Source of the DNA: a virus
Reading direction: 5' to 3' (one strand)
DNA: 64,000 bases
Virus record (IMG/VR): IMGVR_UViG_3300025120_014919
Span: 41,614 to 105,613 of that record
A program made the translations under genes and the position numbers. Below are positions 18,318-29,050 of this stretch, one piece after another; the first letter of the stretch is position 1, and every line of letters starts with the position of its first letter. Under the pieces are notes generated by a model. It ran no database searches. It was not told the origin of the DNA and was given only the letters and a program-made list of their open reading frames with translations.

Positions 18318-21300
18318 ATGGCACGTACAATACAATCTCCCGGAGTAGAAATAAAAGAAATTGATTTAAGTTTGAGAGCAAACTTACCAATAGGTACTAA
18401 TATTTTAGTACCAGGGTTTGCTGATGAAGGACCAACAGATCAAATTATTCAAGTTACATCAAGAAGTGAGTTTGAAACTATTTTTGGTCTACCTAAGACA
18501 CCAGCTGAAAGATATTTTTACCATACAGTTACACCATTATTTGATTCACCAGCAAAGGTAAGCGTATATAGATTACCTTATGGTTCTAATAAAGGTGAAG
18601 GCTTTTCTTCAAACTATAGTGCATTAGCATATCCTGCTAAAGGTATTAGTATTAGTACAGAAGGAGCTGGTGCATCAGCAAAAGCTTCAGTTCATGAAGT
18701 TGCATTACAGACAAGAACATCTGATAATACATATTTTGGAGCTGCATCAGCTAGTTTAAGTGCATTCCAAGTTACGACACCTGATGGTACAGTTGCAGAA
18801 GCACCAGCATTAACACTTAACGATCCGTCAAACAAATTTGTATTTAGACAATATGATGGTTCAAATGCAGGTATAACAGTTACTGGTGGTTCTAATGCAA
18901 TACCATTTGGTTTTACAACAGCCCTTTCAGGTGGTACTGATTTTACAACCAATGTAAAGTATTTCTCAGGTGGGTTTGATAAAGCATCAGGATTTCCTCT
19001 AGATACAGCTGAGGAAGTGACCTTAGACTTTTATAGAAACACAGTATTACCTACAGTTTCAGGTGCAGTAGTAGCATTTACAGCATCAGGATCAGTATCA
19101 GGTAGTAATAAAGCACCATTCGTACAAGTTACTGCAGCAGATGGTGATAATTTAAGTCTTTTCTATACCGCTGCATCTTCGGTTAAGACTAAAGTATTAG
19201 GAGGAGTTACCCAAACAGTAACTCGTACAAATGGTTACCCTGACGGAGGCGCTGGTTTCTTTGGTAATACAGTTAATCTTGATTTTAATGAAAATAGCGA
19301 AATACAAGGTTCAAATTATGGTCAAGGTTTAACCACATATAATGAGCAAGCTTCAGGTAACTTGTTTGTTCTAGGTAAGCCAATACATTTCCAACTTACT
19401 GAAGACCAATACAACAATATCCTACAAAAGAAGACATTTGATTGGGAAAATAGTATTGCAACATCTGCTACTTTAAGTAGTTTTGGTGAATTAGGTAAAT
19501 CAGCAATGATTGTTCTAAATAAAGGTCAAACATCAATTGATGATAAGTTCCAAGGTTTTTATGTTGGTGCTCTTGATAATACAAATCTTAACCCAGCGAC
19601 TAATTTTGATGGATTATTAACTGTTGAATCAGTAGCTCAATCAGCTAATATAACATCCACATATACCACACTACCAGTACAAAGACTTGATTTCTCATTA
19701 TCTTCGATATCTGATAATAATACCGATACATTCGGTCAAGTTACTGATAGTCTTTCAGAAATAATGGAGAATGTGCAGTCATTTGATATATCTGATAAAG
19801 AATTCGATGATACGATTTCAGTAGGATTGTTTAGATTAAATCGTTCTAATTACTCACCAGACACCATTAAGTTAGCAGCTGGTTTAGGTGAAAAATATGT
19901 AGGTACATTCGATTATCATCGTCAAGTTAATAATCCTAATGGAGGTACACCAGAAAGCTTCTCATTGGAAACAAAAGAAGATGGTTCACCTAATGTTCAA
20001 ATTATTGTTAATGAGTTCTTAAGTCATAAAGATGGTAGTTCATATTTAGATATTAACGGTAATCCGACAACTAAGATAAGATTAGGTTCATCTAAGATTG
20101 ATAGTAATGCATCTTCATTTGCAGATAGAATAACTTATTTCCAACAATTATCTACAGAATATGGAGCTACGACTCGTACGCAAGCAACAATTCTATCAGG
20201 AGCGGTTGAATCAGCAGTTACAAGTGATATATTCCCAGCAGATTCGTTGTTTCCTTTAGGTAGCTACCAAAATAGTAGTAATGCTAAAGTTAAGAATTTA
20301 GGGTCTATACCTAAGAAGTTGAATAGATTAACTGATCTAGCAGAAGATCGCGATTTATTTGATATCGATCTTACAGTAGATGGTGGTTTAACTACTATTA
20401 ATGCAGTTTCTGAATACTTAGAACGAGGTGGTAAAGGTAAATACTTTGATGATACGGTATCGGTTTCAGCTATTGAAGGTTTTTATGAATCAAATATATT
20501 AGATATATCACCTGAAGCAGTAGCATTTAGAAGCGACTGGAAGACAGTATTTGATGTATTTGCTAATTTTGCAGAATTCCGCAGAAAAGATCATATGTTT
20601 ATTGCTGACTTACCGAGACATATATTCGTTCAAGGTAAAAACTTTAAGACATTAAATGATGATACTAAGAGCTTTTCATTTAACTTGATGAACCCACTAC
20701 GAGCAATGGTATCAGTAGTCAATACAAGTTACGCAGCAACGTATGCTAATTGGGCTCAAGTTTATGACCCAGTTTTAGATGACCAAGTTTGGGCACCAAT
20801 CTCAGGCAATATAGCGAAAACGATGGCTAATTCGGATAGTAATTTCCAACCATGGTTTGCACCAGCTGGATTCACTAGAGGTATTATTACCGGGGTTAAT
20901 GACTTGGCACTATATCCAAAGCAGTCACAGAGAGATCAATTATACAATCGTTCAATTAATCCTATAGCATTCTTTCCGAATGAAGGTTTTGTAACATTTG
21001 GTCAAAAGACATTGCTTAAGAAGCCAAGTGCTTTCGATAGAATTAATGTAAGAAGACTATTCTTAAATCTAGAAAAAGCAACTAGACGTACAGTTAAGTT
21101 CTTCGTATTTGATCCGAATACGTTAGTTACCAGAACAAGGTTAACAAATGTAATTCAACCTATATTTGAGAATGCTAAAAATACTGAAGGCTTATATGAT
21201 TTCTTAATTGTATGTGATGAAAGAAATAATACACCAGAAGTAATCGATCAAAATGAGTTAAAGGTAGATATATACCTGAAACCAGTAAGAGCAGCAGAAT

Positions 21301-21359
21301 TTATATTAGTTAATTTCTTTGCTACCAGAACTGGTGTTGATTTCAACGAACTTATTTAA
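18318..21359 (+). CDS. gp18: Contractile tail sheath protein, enlarged (1013 aa)
   Basis: SPGVEIKEID, PWFAPAGFTRG, GQKTL, FDRINVRRLF, CDERNNT, KPVRAAEFI. Confidence 0.95.
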   Translation: MARTIQSPGVEIKEIDLSLRANLPIGTNILVPGFADEGPTDQIIQVTSRSEFETIFGLPKTPAERYFYHTVTPLFDSPAKVSVYRLPYGSNKGEGFSSNYSALAYPAKGISISTEGAGASAKASVHEVALQTRTSDNTYFGAASASLSAFQVTTPDGTVAEAPALTLNDPSNKFVFRQYDGSNAGITVTGGSNAIPFGFTTALSGGTDFTTNVKYFSGGFDKASGFPLDTAEEVTLDFYRNTVLPTVSGAVVAFTASGSVSGSNKAPFVQVTAADGDNLSLFYTAASSVKTKVLGGVTQTVTRTNGYPDGGAGFFGNTVNLDFNENSEIQGSNYGQGLTTYNEQASGNLFVLGKPIHFQLTEDQYNNILQKKTFDWENSIATSATLSSFGELGKSAMIVLNKGQTSIDDKFQGFYVGALDNTNLNPATNFDGLLTVESVAQSANITSTYTTLPVQRLDFSLSSISDNNTDTFGQVTDSLSEIMENVQSFDISDKEFDDTISVGLFRLNRSNYSPDTIKLAAGLGEKYVGTFDYHRQVNNPNGGTPESFSLETKEDGSPNVQIIVNEFLSHKDGSSYLDINGNPTTKIRLGSSKIDSNASSFADRITYFQQLSTEYGATTRTQATILSGAVESAVTSDIFPADSLFPLGSYQNSSNAKVKNLGSIPKKLNRLTDLAEDRDLFDIDLTVDGGLTTINAVSEYLERGGKGKYFDDTVSVSAIEGFYESNILDISPEAVAFRSDWKTVFDVFANFAEFRRKDHMFIADLPRHIFVQGKNFKTLNDDTKSFSFNLMNPLRAMVSVVNTSYAATYANWAQVYDPVLDDQVWAPISGNIAKTMANSDSNFQPWFAPAGFTRGIITGVNDLALYPKQSQRDQLYNRSINPIAFFPNEGFVTFGQKTLLKKPSAFDRINVRRLFLNLEKATRRTVKFFVFDPNTLVTRTRLTNVIQPIFENAKNTEGLYDFLIVCDERNNTPEVIDQNELKVDIYLKPVRAAEFILVNFFATRTGVDFNELI

Positions 21360-21383
21360 AAAAATAATTATCAATAATAAAAA

Positions 21384-21420
21384 AAAGACCGGACTAATTA
21401 ATTTTAGTTCGGTCTTTCTT
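21384..21420 (+). terminator. Rho-independent terminator after the sheath gene
   Basis: Stem AAAGACCGGACTAA/TTAGTTCGGTCTTT followed by a T-rich tract. Confidence 0.75.
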
Positions 21421-21451
21421 TATATTTTACTTTTTGTAAATAAATATTAAT

Positions 21452-22516
21452 ATGGCTGACAGTAGACTTACAGATTTACCAAACTTTACAGAAATAGACA
21501 ATAATGATATTTTATATATTGTTGATGTGTCACAGGATACATCCAATAAAATAACTTATGGTAATTTAATAGGTAATAGAATAGACACAATAAGTAATAC
21601 AATAGACAGTTTAGGTATACCTAATATTGCATCTCTAACCACTAAGGTTGCAACTCTTTCGGTCATACAAAGAGACAAAGCAGACCAAAGTTCTCTTAAT
21701 GCTACTGATGTAAGGGTAGAAGACTTAGAAATCGATAATACAGCAAATAAAAATAACATTGCCCAACTTCAAATAGATACAGGGTCATTATCAGGTACAG
21801 GTATTGCTGGTAAAGCACCTTTATCCGCTATACAATTAATTAATAGTACTACTAGTTTCTTATCTACTCAAATTGATACAAAAGCAACTCTTGTAGAAGA
21901 TAGTTTAAAAGTTAATCAAACACAATTTGATAGTTTATCAAGTATAACATTTAATTTATCATCAGGTATTACCTTTAACGAGCAAGATATAGATTTATTG
22001 CAAGCAGCTAATAATACACTTGATTCTGAATTTCAGGTGTTGAGTACTAATGTAACAACTTTATCTACAATAATACCGAATTTAGTATCTAACACAGTAG
22101 CATTTGAATTAACTGCAGGTGTGCTAGACTTAGAAGACGCTGTCGATGATATAGAAACTGGTCTTAGTTTATCAGCTACAGTTATAAAGGTACCATTTGA
22201 TATTAACATTCAAAGTAATACTAATGTATTATGTACATATACAGGGTTAACAGGTGCTCAAGGGTTATCATCAATTCCAATCGAACCTAATATATTAGGT
22301 ACTGTAGTAACTGCATATATTAGTTCAGGTAATATGAACAGATATTTAAGTATGGAAGGTTTAATAACGCAGACGGTAGTAGTTAGTAGTGGTGCTATTG
22401 AATTTAATGCTTTTAACCCTACAGGTAGTACTATAACCTTTGATGATGAAACTTTAATCTTTTATGTAGACAACGCTCTCAAGTATACAAGATATATTGA
22501 AAGAGGTAGTGAATAA
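21452..22516 (+). CDS. Putative virion coiled-coil fibre/decoration protein
   Basis: N-terminal MADSRLTDLP...YIVDVS..SNKIT attachment-like motif, heptad-like core, own late promoter, between sheath and tube. Confidence 0.6.
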   Translation: MADSRLTDLPNFTEIDNNDILYIVDVSQDTSNKITYGNLIGNRIDTISNTIDSLGIPNIASLTTKVATLSVIQRDKADQSSLNATDVRVEDLEIDNTANKNNIAQLQIDTGSLSGTGIAGKAPLSAIQLINSTTSFLSTQIDTKATLVEDSLKVNQTQFDSLSSITFNLSSGITFNEQDIDLLQAANNTLDSEFQVLSTNVTTLSTIIPNLVSNTVAFELTAGVLDLEDAVDDIETGLSLSATVIKVPFDINIQSNTNVLCTYTGLTGAQGLSSIPIEPNILGTVVTAYISSGNMNRYLSMEGLITQTVVVSSGAIEFNAFNPTGSTITFDDETLIFYVDNALKYTRYIERGSE

Positions 22517-22567
22517 TAAAGTAATAGATTAGTACATAAATCTTTAACAAATTTAATAAATAATTAT

Positions 22568-23110
22568 ATGGCAGACACAACACAAACAATTCAAGGTTTT
22601 TATACCCAAGCACAAGCTAAAGACTTTGCAAGAACCAATTTATTCAGGGTGTTAAATATCCAAATAGGTAACACAGATGTAAATTTTGGTGAAGAAGATT
22701 TAGTATATGCGACAACAGCTACATTACCTGGTAAAACAATAGGTAACATAGCAGTACCATACATGGGATTAAACTTCAATGTACCTGGTAATGTAACGTA
22801 TCCTAATAGTGAAAATTACCAAATTACATTTAGATCAGATGAAAGTTATGACCTAAGAAATAAATTTTTACAAGCTTTAGATGATACATTTGACGATGCA
22901 GATTCAACAGGTAATTATTTTACACCTACTGCTGATTCGGTAATCGATTTAGTTTTACTTGATAAAGAATTAAACAAGACTGATCAATATCAATTAGTAG
23001 GTTGCGCAGTTAAAGATGTACAACCTATTACATATAATATTTCAAATGCTGGTACACAGGTTGATTTTCAGGTAGGTATTTCATATCATTACTTTAGAAG
23101 AACAACTTAA
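22568..23110 (+). CDS. gp19: Tail tube protein (gp19-like)
   Basis: ARTNLFRV, TATLPG, VPYMGLNFNVPG, ITFRSDE; late promoter and strong terminator. Confidence 0.85.
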   Translation: MADTTQTIQGFYTQAQAKDFARTNLFRVLNIQIGNTDVNFGEEDLVYATTATLPGKTIGNIAVPYMGLNFNVPGNVTYPNSENYQITFRSDESYDLRNKFLQALDDTFDDADSTGNYFTPTADSVIDLVLLDKELNKTDQYQLVGCAVKDVQPITYNISNAGTQVDFQVGISYHYFRRTT

Positions 23111-23135
23111 TAGATTTACAAAAGAATTTCTAATT

Positions 23136-23164
23136 AGCTCTCATATATATGAGAGCTTTTTTTT
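23136..23164 (+). terminator. Rho-independent terminator after the tube gene
   Basis: Stem AGCTCTCAT/ATGAGAGCT followed by a T8 run. Confidence 0.85.
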
Positions 23165-23181
23165 GCATAAATATAATTATA

Positions 23182-24030
23182 GTGAGTATTCTAAATTCAA
23201 TTAATAACGCTGTTCAAGGTATATCTAACTCTGCAAATAGTTTATTTGGTGGGTCAGTTGCTATGCCTGGTTTATCTCTTTTAGGTACAAATTTACCATT
23301 TAAACCTTTAATTAGTTTAAGAGATAATTTTTTAGATAATCTTTCTCAGTGGACTAATAGTATACCTAACGATACTCAATTTATTATTATATTTGATAGA
23401 TTTCCATCCGGTGTTTCTACGAATGTAATACAAAATTTGGAACCCATTGTACATAATACAGGTTTTGATATAACATTACCTAAAGAAATAACAACTAATT
23501 TTAAAAATCAAGGTATTGTTGGTTGTATATTTGCGACAGGCTTTGATATAGGTGGAGAAGAATTAGATTACGGTAGTGCGGAAATAGAAAATAATAGAGG
23601 ATTTATATCTGGTACAATTTTAAAGGATAGAAAAGCATTTTCAAGTAATGAGTTAACTATGGAGTTTAGAGAAACTAATACATCATTTACAGATTTCGTA
23701 TTAAGACCCTGGCTTGTAGCTGCAGCTCATTTCGGTTATGTAGCAAGGGATCTAAGTGACCCAGTTGAAAATTTAAAAAATGTTAAAACTAATGTTTCTA
23801 TAATACAGTATTCAAGATCCGATAAAAACTTATCTCAAATACCGAGAAAGATTTTTAGATTTTATAATTGTGTACCTGTAAGAATTAATAATAGAGATGG
23901 TAATTTTAGTAATACCGATGTATCAAAAACTATTGACACTACATGGGTTTACGATAAATATGAAATACAGTCTAATTTATATTTAGATATACCTGGCCTC
24001 TTAAAATCTTTAAACCCTTTTTCTTTTTAA
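23182..24030 (+). CDS. Tube-fold baseplate/tail-tube initiator (gp54-like); start revised to GTG 23182
   Basis: LTMEFRETN, RPW, FRFYNCVPV. The ATG at 23149 lies inside the terminator; TAAATA sits at 23168. Confidence 0.6.
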   Translation: MSILNSINNAVQGISNSANSLFGGSVAMPGLSLLGTNLPFKPLISLRDNFLDNLSQWTNSIPNDTQFIIIFDRFPSGVSTNVIQNLEPIVHNTGFDITLPKEITTNFKNQGIVGCIFATGFDIGGEELDYGSAEIENNRGFISGTILKDRKAFSSNELTMEFRETNTSFTDFVLRPWLVAAAHFGYVARDLSDPVENLKNVKTNVSIIQYSRSDKNLSQIPRKIFRFYNCVPVRINNRDGNFSNTDVSKTIDTTWVYDKYEIQSNLYLDIPGLLKSLNPFSF

Positions 24031-24033
24031 ACT

Positions 24034-26019
24034 ATGAATATCGCTGACGAAGGTTTCAATTTATTTACCAGAATATCATCTTCTACATTAAGTAGAATGA
24101 AAAAGTTAGAAAGTGGTTTGTCTACGTCCACTCCATCTAATGGTCGTAACGGTGTGACAGGTCAAGTGGCAAATAAAGCTCGTAATGTCAATTTAAAAGC
24201 CATACAACCAGCTCTCAAATCTAATGAAGTAAAAACTACTTTAGAGAAACCAAAACCAGTAAGTTTAGTAAATGTTTCTAAAGAAGCTTTAAACGATCTT
24301 AAAAGTATAATTTCTAAACAAGCAGTTGATAGCGCTGTAGCAATTTCACCTAAAGGTAAAAAACCTATTTCTACAGTTGCAAAATATTTAGCAGCTGCAG
24401 CAGCAACTTATGGTATTCTTTCAAACTTTAAATTAGAAAATATCCCCGGGTTAATACAAGGGTTACAAGGTGCTAGAAGACAAGTATTAAAATTAAAAAG
24501 AAGGATGCGACGCGTATTTAATGGATTAAAAAATGCAGCAAAAAGATTAATACCAAAAAATTTAAGAGCTACTTTAAGAGCTAATATTAGCAAATTTAGA
24601 AAATCTGCAATCGATGCAGTAAAATCTGCAAAAAAAAGTATAGTTAATGGAGTTAAAAATATGGGTACTAGAATAGTTACCATGTCTAAAGATTTAGGTA
24701 AAATAGCTTTAGAAAAATTAACGAAAAATTTTAATTCATTTAGAACTGCAGCGATGGGTGCATTAAGATCTGCAAAGGGTTTGCTAACTAGTACGATTGA
24801 TAATATGGCCACATCTGTAACACGCATGCGGTCTTCGATACCTAGGGCTAATCCAGCTTCGGCGACGCGACCACAGATGTCAATGCCGAGGTCTAGTCCA
24901 AGCGTGAGTGGATCATCAGCATCGGGCGGCTTTTTAAGCTCCATGACCCCGAATTGGATGAAAAATGCCTACAAAACTAGCGCTAATTTTGTATCTACAC
25001 AAGCTGATAATTTGACTACAGGTGCTAGAAATCTAGGTAATAGTGCACTGGAGGTGGTTGGTGATGCTGGTAAAGCTCTCAAAAATAAAGGTGGTCAAGT
25101 GCTCGACGCCACGGTTGATGCTGGTAAATACGTCGGTGGTAAAGTACGACAGGGGGCAGCTGTTGTTGCTGATACCACAGTAGACGCTGCCAAATATACT
25201 TTTAAGCAAGGAGTGAGGGCTCTAGGAGGTGTAAAATACGTTGCAAAAGCAATATTAAAATCACCACTTTTAGCTCCATTAGTTGAAAGTATATTTACAT
25301 ATATAGACATTAATAAAGCTATTAAGGAATATAATAAAGGAGAATTAAAAAGAGAAGAATTAGATAAAAGAGTAGGTAAAAGAGCTATTCAAGGGGTAGG
25401 GGGTTTAGCAGGTGGTCTACTAGGAGCTGGTTTAGGTGTTGCTACTCTTGGTAGTTTATCATTTGGATTAGCTGCTCCGTTAGGAGCAATAATAGGTGGT
25501 GTTGGTGGGGATATGGCTGGCAGATTCTTAGGAGGGGTAGTTGCTGATGTTATGGGGGATAAAACAGGTGGTTTAGGTAGTGGTATAATAGACTCTAAAT
25601 TCTTTAAGAATAAATTACTAGAAAATCAATCAAAAGAAAACGCATCAGGAGAAAGTAAGGCTAAAAAAGAAAAACCAGTAGAAATAGAAGATGGTATTAT
25701 TACCAAGACTGGTCAATTAATAAAACCTCATGCACAAGATTTTATTTATGCTATGAAAGAAGGGGGACCTTTAACAAATGCAATGGATAATGACAATATA
25801 ATTGCTAAGAAAACGCATGTTTTATTAGATGAAGCCAATAAAGCCAGCCAAAACATAATGAATAGTCAAACAAAAATACTTAACGAAAATACAAAATTAT
25901 TAAAACAGTTTTTAGATAAGGAAGCATCTAATAACAATATTGTATCATCAAATAGTAATACTACAAATATAAATTATAAAAGTTCAGGATTACGTGAACT
26001 TCAATTAAAGTATGTGTAA
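24034..26019 (+). CDS. Tape-measure-like protein
   Basis: 661 aa, helical and Ala/Gly/Lys-rich, with about 11-aa repeats (DATVDAGKY/DTTVDAAKY) and a Gly-rich hydrophobic segment; follows the tube genes. Confidence 0.6.
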   Translation: MNIADEGFNLFTRISSSTLSRMKKLESGLSTSTPSNGRNGVTGQVANKARNVNLKAIQPALKSNEVKTTLEKPKPVSLVNVSKEALNDLKSIISKQAVDSAVAISPKGKKPISTVAKYLAAAAATYGILSNFKLENIPGLIQGLQGARRQVLKLKRRMRRVFNGLKNAAKRLIPKNLRATLRANISKFRKSAIDAVKSAKKSIVNGVKNMGTRIVTMSKDLGKIALEKLTKNFNSFRTAAMGALRSAKGLLTSTIDNMATSVTRMRSSIPRANPASATRPQMSMPRSSPSVSGSSASGGFLSSMTPNWMKNAYKTSANFVSTQADNLTTGARNLGNSALEVVGDAGKALKNKGGQVLDATVDAGKYVGGKVRQGAAVVADTTVDAAKYTFKQGVRALGGVKYVAKAILKSPLLAPLVESIFTYIDINKAIKEYNKGELKREELDKRVGKRAIQGVGGLAGGLLGAGLGVATLGSLSFGLAAPLGAIIGGVGGDMAGRFLGGVVADVMGDKTGGLGSGIIDSKFFKNKLLENQSKENASGESKAKKEKPVEIEDGIITKTGQLIKPHAQDFIYAMKEGGPLTNAMDNDNIIAKKTHVLLDEANKASQNIMNSQTKILNENTKLLKQFLDKEASNNNIVSSNSNTTNINYKSSGLRELQLKYV

Positions 26020-26764
26020 TTTAGATTATTATAAATATAGTTTTTTTAATAAAGATTTTTTAGTTAAGGAGGTTTCATTTTATGAAACGAGATTATTATT
26101 AAAAAAAATTAACTCTCCGGATTTAGAACAAGTGTTTGATAATTTACTATCTATTTGTGTTAAAAATAAAAATTTAAATGTATTAGAAAAAATTATTTTA
26201 CTTTTTTATGTAAGAGGTTTTATTTTCGGTAATGAGATTACCTTCATGAAGGATGGTAAAGAAGTTACAGTTGATTTAAACGATATAGTTGGTGAATTTA
26301 CCAAAGAACAATCAACTTTAACTATTAAAATAGGTGGTTTAAATTATGATTTTAGTTATGTTAATAATTTTGATAATTTTGATGATAAGCTTTCACTTAT
26401 TGAAAGTAGTCTTGTAAGTGTTAATGGTTTAAATATACAAAATATTGAAGATAAATTAGGATATTTACCCGCTGTAAATATTAATGATATTTATACTCAA
26501 ATATTTGAGCATTTTTATTCTTTTAATTATGAGTTAAAAATATTAGATTATGATTTAAATATTAATAATATTCTTATTTTTATGAAAACTATCTTTACTT
26601 GTGAATTAATGGATTTATATGAAATAGAATATAAACTAAGAAGATTGTTAAATTTTACTACTGAAGATTTAAAAAATAACTCTTTACCTGAATGTAGAAT
26701 ACTTATGAATTTATATGTTAAGGAAAATAAGGAAAGTGAAGTTGAACAACAGATGAACCAATAA
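26012..26764 (+). CDS. Baseplate hub assembly protein (gp26/gp51-like, tentative)
   Basis: LNVLEKIILLFYVRG pattern and position. Confidence 0.45.
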   Translation: MCNLDYYKYSFFNKDFLVKEVSFYETRLLLKKINSPDLEQVFDNLLSICVKNKNLNVLEKIILLFYVRGFIFGNEITFMKDGKEVTVDLNDIVGEFTKEQSTLTIKIGGLNYDFSYVNNFDNFDDKLSLIESSLVSVNGLNIQNIEDKLGYLPAVNINDIYTQIFEHFYSFNYELKILDYDLNINNILIFMKTIFTCELMDLYEIEYKLRRLLNFTTEDLKNNSLPECRILMNLYVKENKESEVEQQMNQ

Positions 26765-26775
26765 TAAATAATGTA

Positions 26776-27489
26776 ATGGCCGAAAGTTTAAATGATATTT
26801 TAGAAAACCTTAATTCGTTAAAAAAGAATAGTAATATTTTTATACCATCGTTAAAAAAGAACGTTGATTTTAAAGGTATTACTTTAAAACAACAAAAAGA
26901 AATAATTGATAGTGTCCTTTCGGGGGATTCAGTTGAAATATTAAACTTTTTCGATGTTTGTTTTAATATATTAAAGGAAAATATACAAGGTAATAGTATA
27001 GAACAAATTAATATAGTAGATAGACCAAATTTATTATTAAATTTAAGATTTAATATTGATTCAAAATATGAAGGAATTAATATCGAAGAGCTTATTGAAA
27101 CAAATAAAAAAATTAAATTACCTGAATTGCAAACTACTATTGAAACTGATGATTTTATTTTTACAGTTGAGTCACCGAATATAAAGAAAGATGCAAATGT
27201 AAATAATTATATAGTAAAAACTTTTTTAGATCGAGAAAAAATATTAGGTAATTTATATGCTGGCGAGCTAATAAAATTTATCACTACTGTAAAGTTTAAA
27301 GAGAGTGAAAATGTAATCAATTTTGACGATCAATCTAACAAAAATAAATTTACAATTATTCAAAGCATAGATACAAAACATTTTAAAGAAATTTTTGCTT
27401 TTATCAATAGTATAAGAGATATTGAAACTGAATTCCTAACCGTACAAGATAAACAAATTGATATAACGCCTGATTTTTTCATATTTTAG
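26776..27489 (+). CDS. Baseplate hub assembly protein (gp26-like)
   Basis: IPSLKKNVDFKGITLKQQKEI and INIVDRPNLLLNLR resemble the gp26 family. Confidence 0.55.
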   Translation: MAESLNDILENLNSLKKNSNIFIPSLKKNVDFKGITLKQQKEIIDSVLSGDSVEILNFFDVCFNILKENIQGNSIEQINIVDRPNLLLNLRFNIDSKYEGINIEELIETNKKIKLPELQTTIETDDFIFTVESPNIKKDANVNNYIVKTFLDREKILGNLYAGELIKFITTVKFKESENVINFDDQSNKNKFTIIQSIDTKHFKEIFAFINSIRDIETEFLTVQDKQIDITPDFFIF

Positions 27490-27510
27490 TATTGCCATTA
27501 AATATAATTA

Positions 27511-28674
27511 ATGGCAAGTAATTTGTGGAGCTTAGTTTTTGGACAAGATGGTACCCTACCAGTTTTGGTTAGGGAAGGTTCTGACGTCGATGTCAATAAT
27601 ATCAACTATATAACCAATACAGTTTATGGTAATTTAGATACTTATGGTGATGATATTGACGTGATTAATGATTTTCAATGGACGAAGAGTCCTAAAACTA
27701 GTAGATCTGATGTACCTAGACTAATATTAAAAGAGAAGAGGTTAAAAACTAATAGCACAGTTTCGAACGCAGCATATTCTTTAAATACTTTACTAGATGT
27801 GGCGCCTGCTGCAGAGGCTGCAGCTACTAGTTTTAGTAAAAAAATAACCGGTAATAGTATAATAACTAAATCTGTTGAATCTGTAGGTAAAGGTGTTTCC
27901 AAAGTTACCGAAACATTAGCTAGTGTTTCTAAAGAAATAATAGAAAATGTAGTTGGTGAGTATGAAACGTTTGGTGAAGATAGCGTTTTAACCCCTTATA
28001 ATGGTTTATATAGGCTAGAAAAAACAGGTTTTAAATATGTTTTACCTTATTTACAAGATGGTTACAATTCATTAGAAAATACAATGGATACAAGTGTAGG
28101 TTCTTCAATAATATCTAAACTTACTGAAGGAGTGGGTGAAATAGCTTCCCAGGCAGCAGGGTTAGCTTTTGCATTAAGACCAGGGGTTTATATAGAAGAA
28201 AGTCAGCAATATAATATGCCTCAAGAAGGTAGAAAGGTTAATATATCTTTCCCATTACTAAATACAGGTAACTATGCAGATATATTACAAAATTGGCAAT
28301 TATTATTTGGTTTAATTTACCAAAATAGACCTGGTAGGATAACTAAAACGTTAGTTGATATACCAGTCTTATATGAATCTATAGTTGAAGGGCAATTATA
28401 TATGCCATATTCTTATATAACTAATTTAGAAATAAAACATGCAGGTAATAGGAGATCGATGAAAATTAATGTACCTAAAGTTGAAAATAATAAAGATACA
28501 AATCCAAGTAATTTAGAAATAACCGCTGTAATTCCAGATGCGTATATGGTTGATATAACTTTAACTAGTTTAAATGAAGAAACGAGAAATTTCTTATTTG
28601 AAAGTATTAAACCTGGTTTAGTTACATCAAGAAAAGTTAATACACCAGAATCAATTACCACTGAAATAGCGTAG
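27511..28674 (+). CDS. Baseplate tail-tube cap (gp48-like, tentative)
   Basis: RKVNISFPL and YMPYSYITNLEI tube-fold pattern; directly precedes gp53. Confidence 0.5.
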   Translation: MASNLWSLVFGQDGTLPVLVREGSDVDVNNINYITNTVYGNLDTYGDDIDVINDFQWTKSPKTSRSDVPRLILKEKRLKTNSTVSNAAYSLNTLLDVAPAAEAAATSFSKKITGNSIITKSVESVGKGVSKVTETLASVSKEIIENVVGEYETFGEDSVLTPYNGLYRLEKTGFKYVLPYLQDGYNSLENTMDTSVGSSIISKLTEGVGEIASQAAGLAFALRPGVYIEESQQYNMPQEGRKVNISFPLLNTGNYADILQNWQLLFGLIYQNRPGRITKTLVDIPVLYESIVEGQLYMPYSYITNLEIKHAGNRRSMKINVPKVENNKDTNPSNLEITAVIPDAYMVDITLTSLNEETRNFLFESIKPGLVTSRKVNTPESITTEIA

Positions 28675-28684
28675 AAAGGATTAT

Positions 28685-29050
28685 ATGGAAGGTAAATATC
28701 AAAATCAAATTAACGAACTACCAGGTTTAGAATCCTTTAGATATGAAAACATATTTAAAGTCTATAATACTGGCGATAAAGACTTTTTTTACTATAATAT
28801 ATTAAAAAAAGTATCCTTACCTGATAATATTAACGGAGCGTTATTAGATACGGTAATTATGAACAACCAAACACCATTAACTACTTTATCTTACCAACTT
28901 TACGGTACGATGCATTTATGGTGGTTAATATGCGTGGTAAATAATATACAAAATCCTGTGACTCAATTACCTGTAGGAGAGGAAATAAAATATGTAAAAA
29001 AAATATTTTTGAAAGAAGTTATTAACAGTATAATGGACCAGTTACAATGA
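28685..29050 (+). CDS. gp53: Baseplate wedge protein (gp53-like, LysM-type)
   Basis: LSYQLYGTMHLWWLICVVNNIQNP. Confidence 0.8.
   Translation: MEGKYQNQINELPGLESFRYENIFKVYNTGDKDFFYYNILKKVSLPDNINGALLDTVIMNNQTPLTTLSYQLYGTMHLWWLICVVNNIQNPVTQLPVGEEIKYVKKIFLKEVINSIMDQLQ

Noticed and set aside
23149-23181. ORF-track starts at 23149, 12422, 56332, 56483 and 63264
   Set aside because: They fall in terminators or promoters, or truncate an open frame. The revised starts fit the promoter or coupling pattern.
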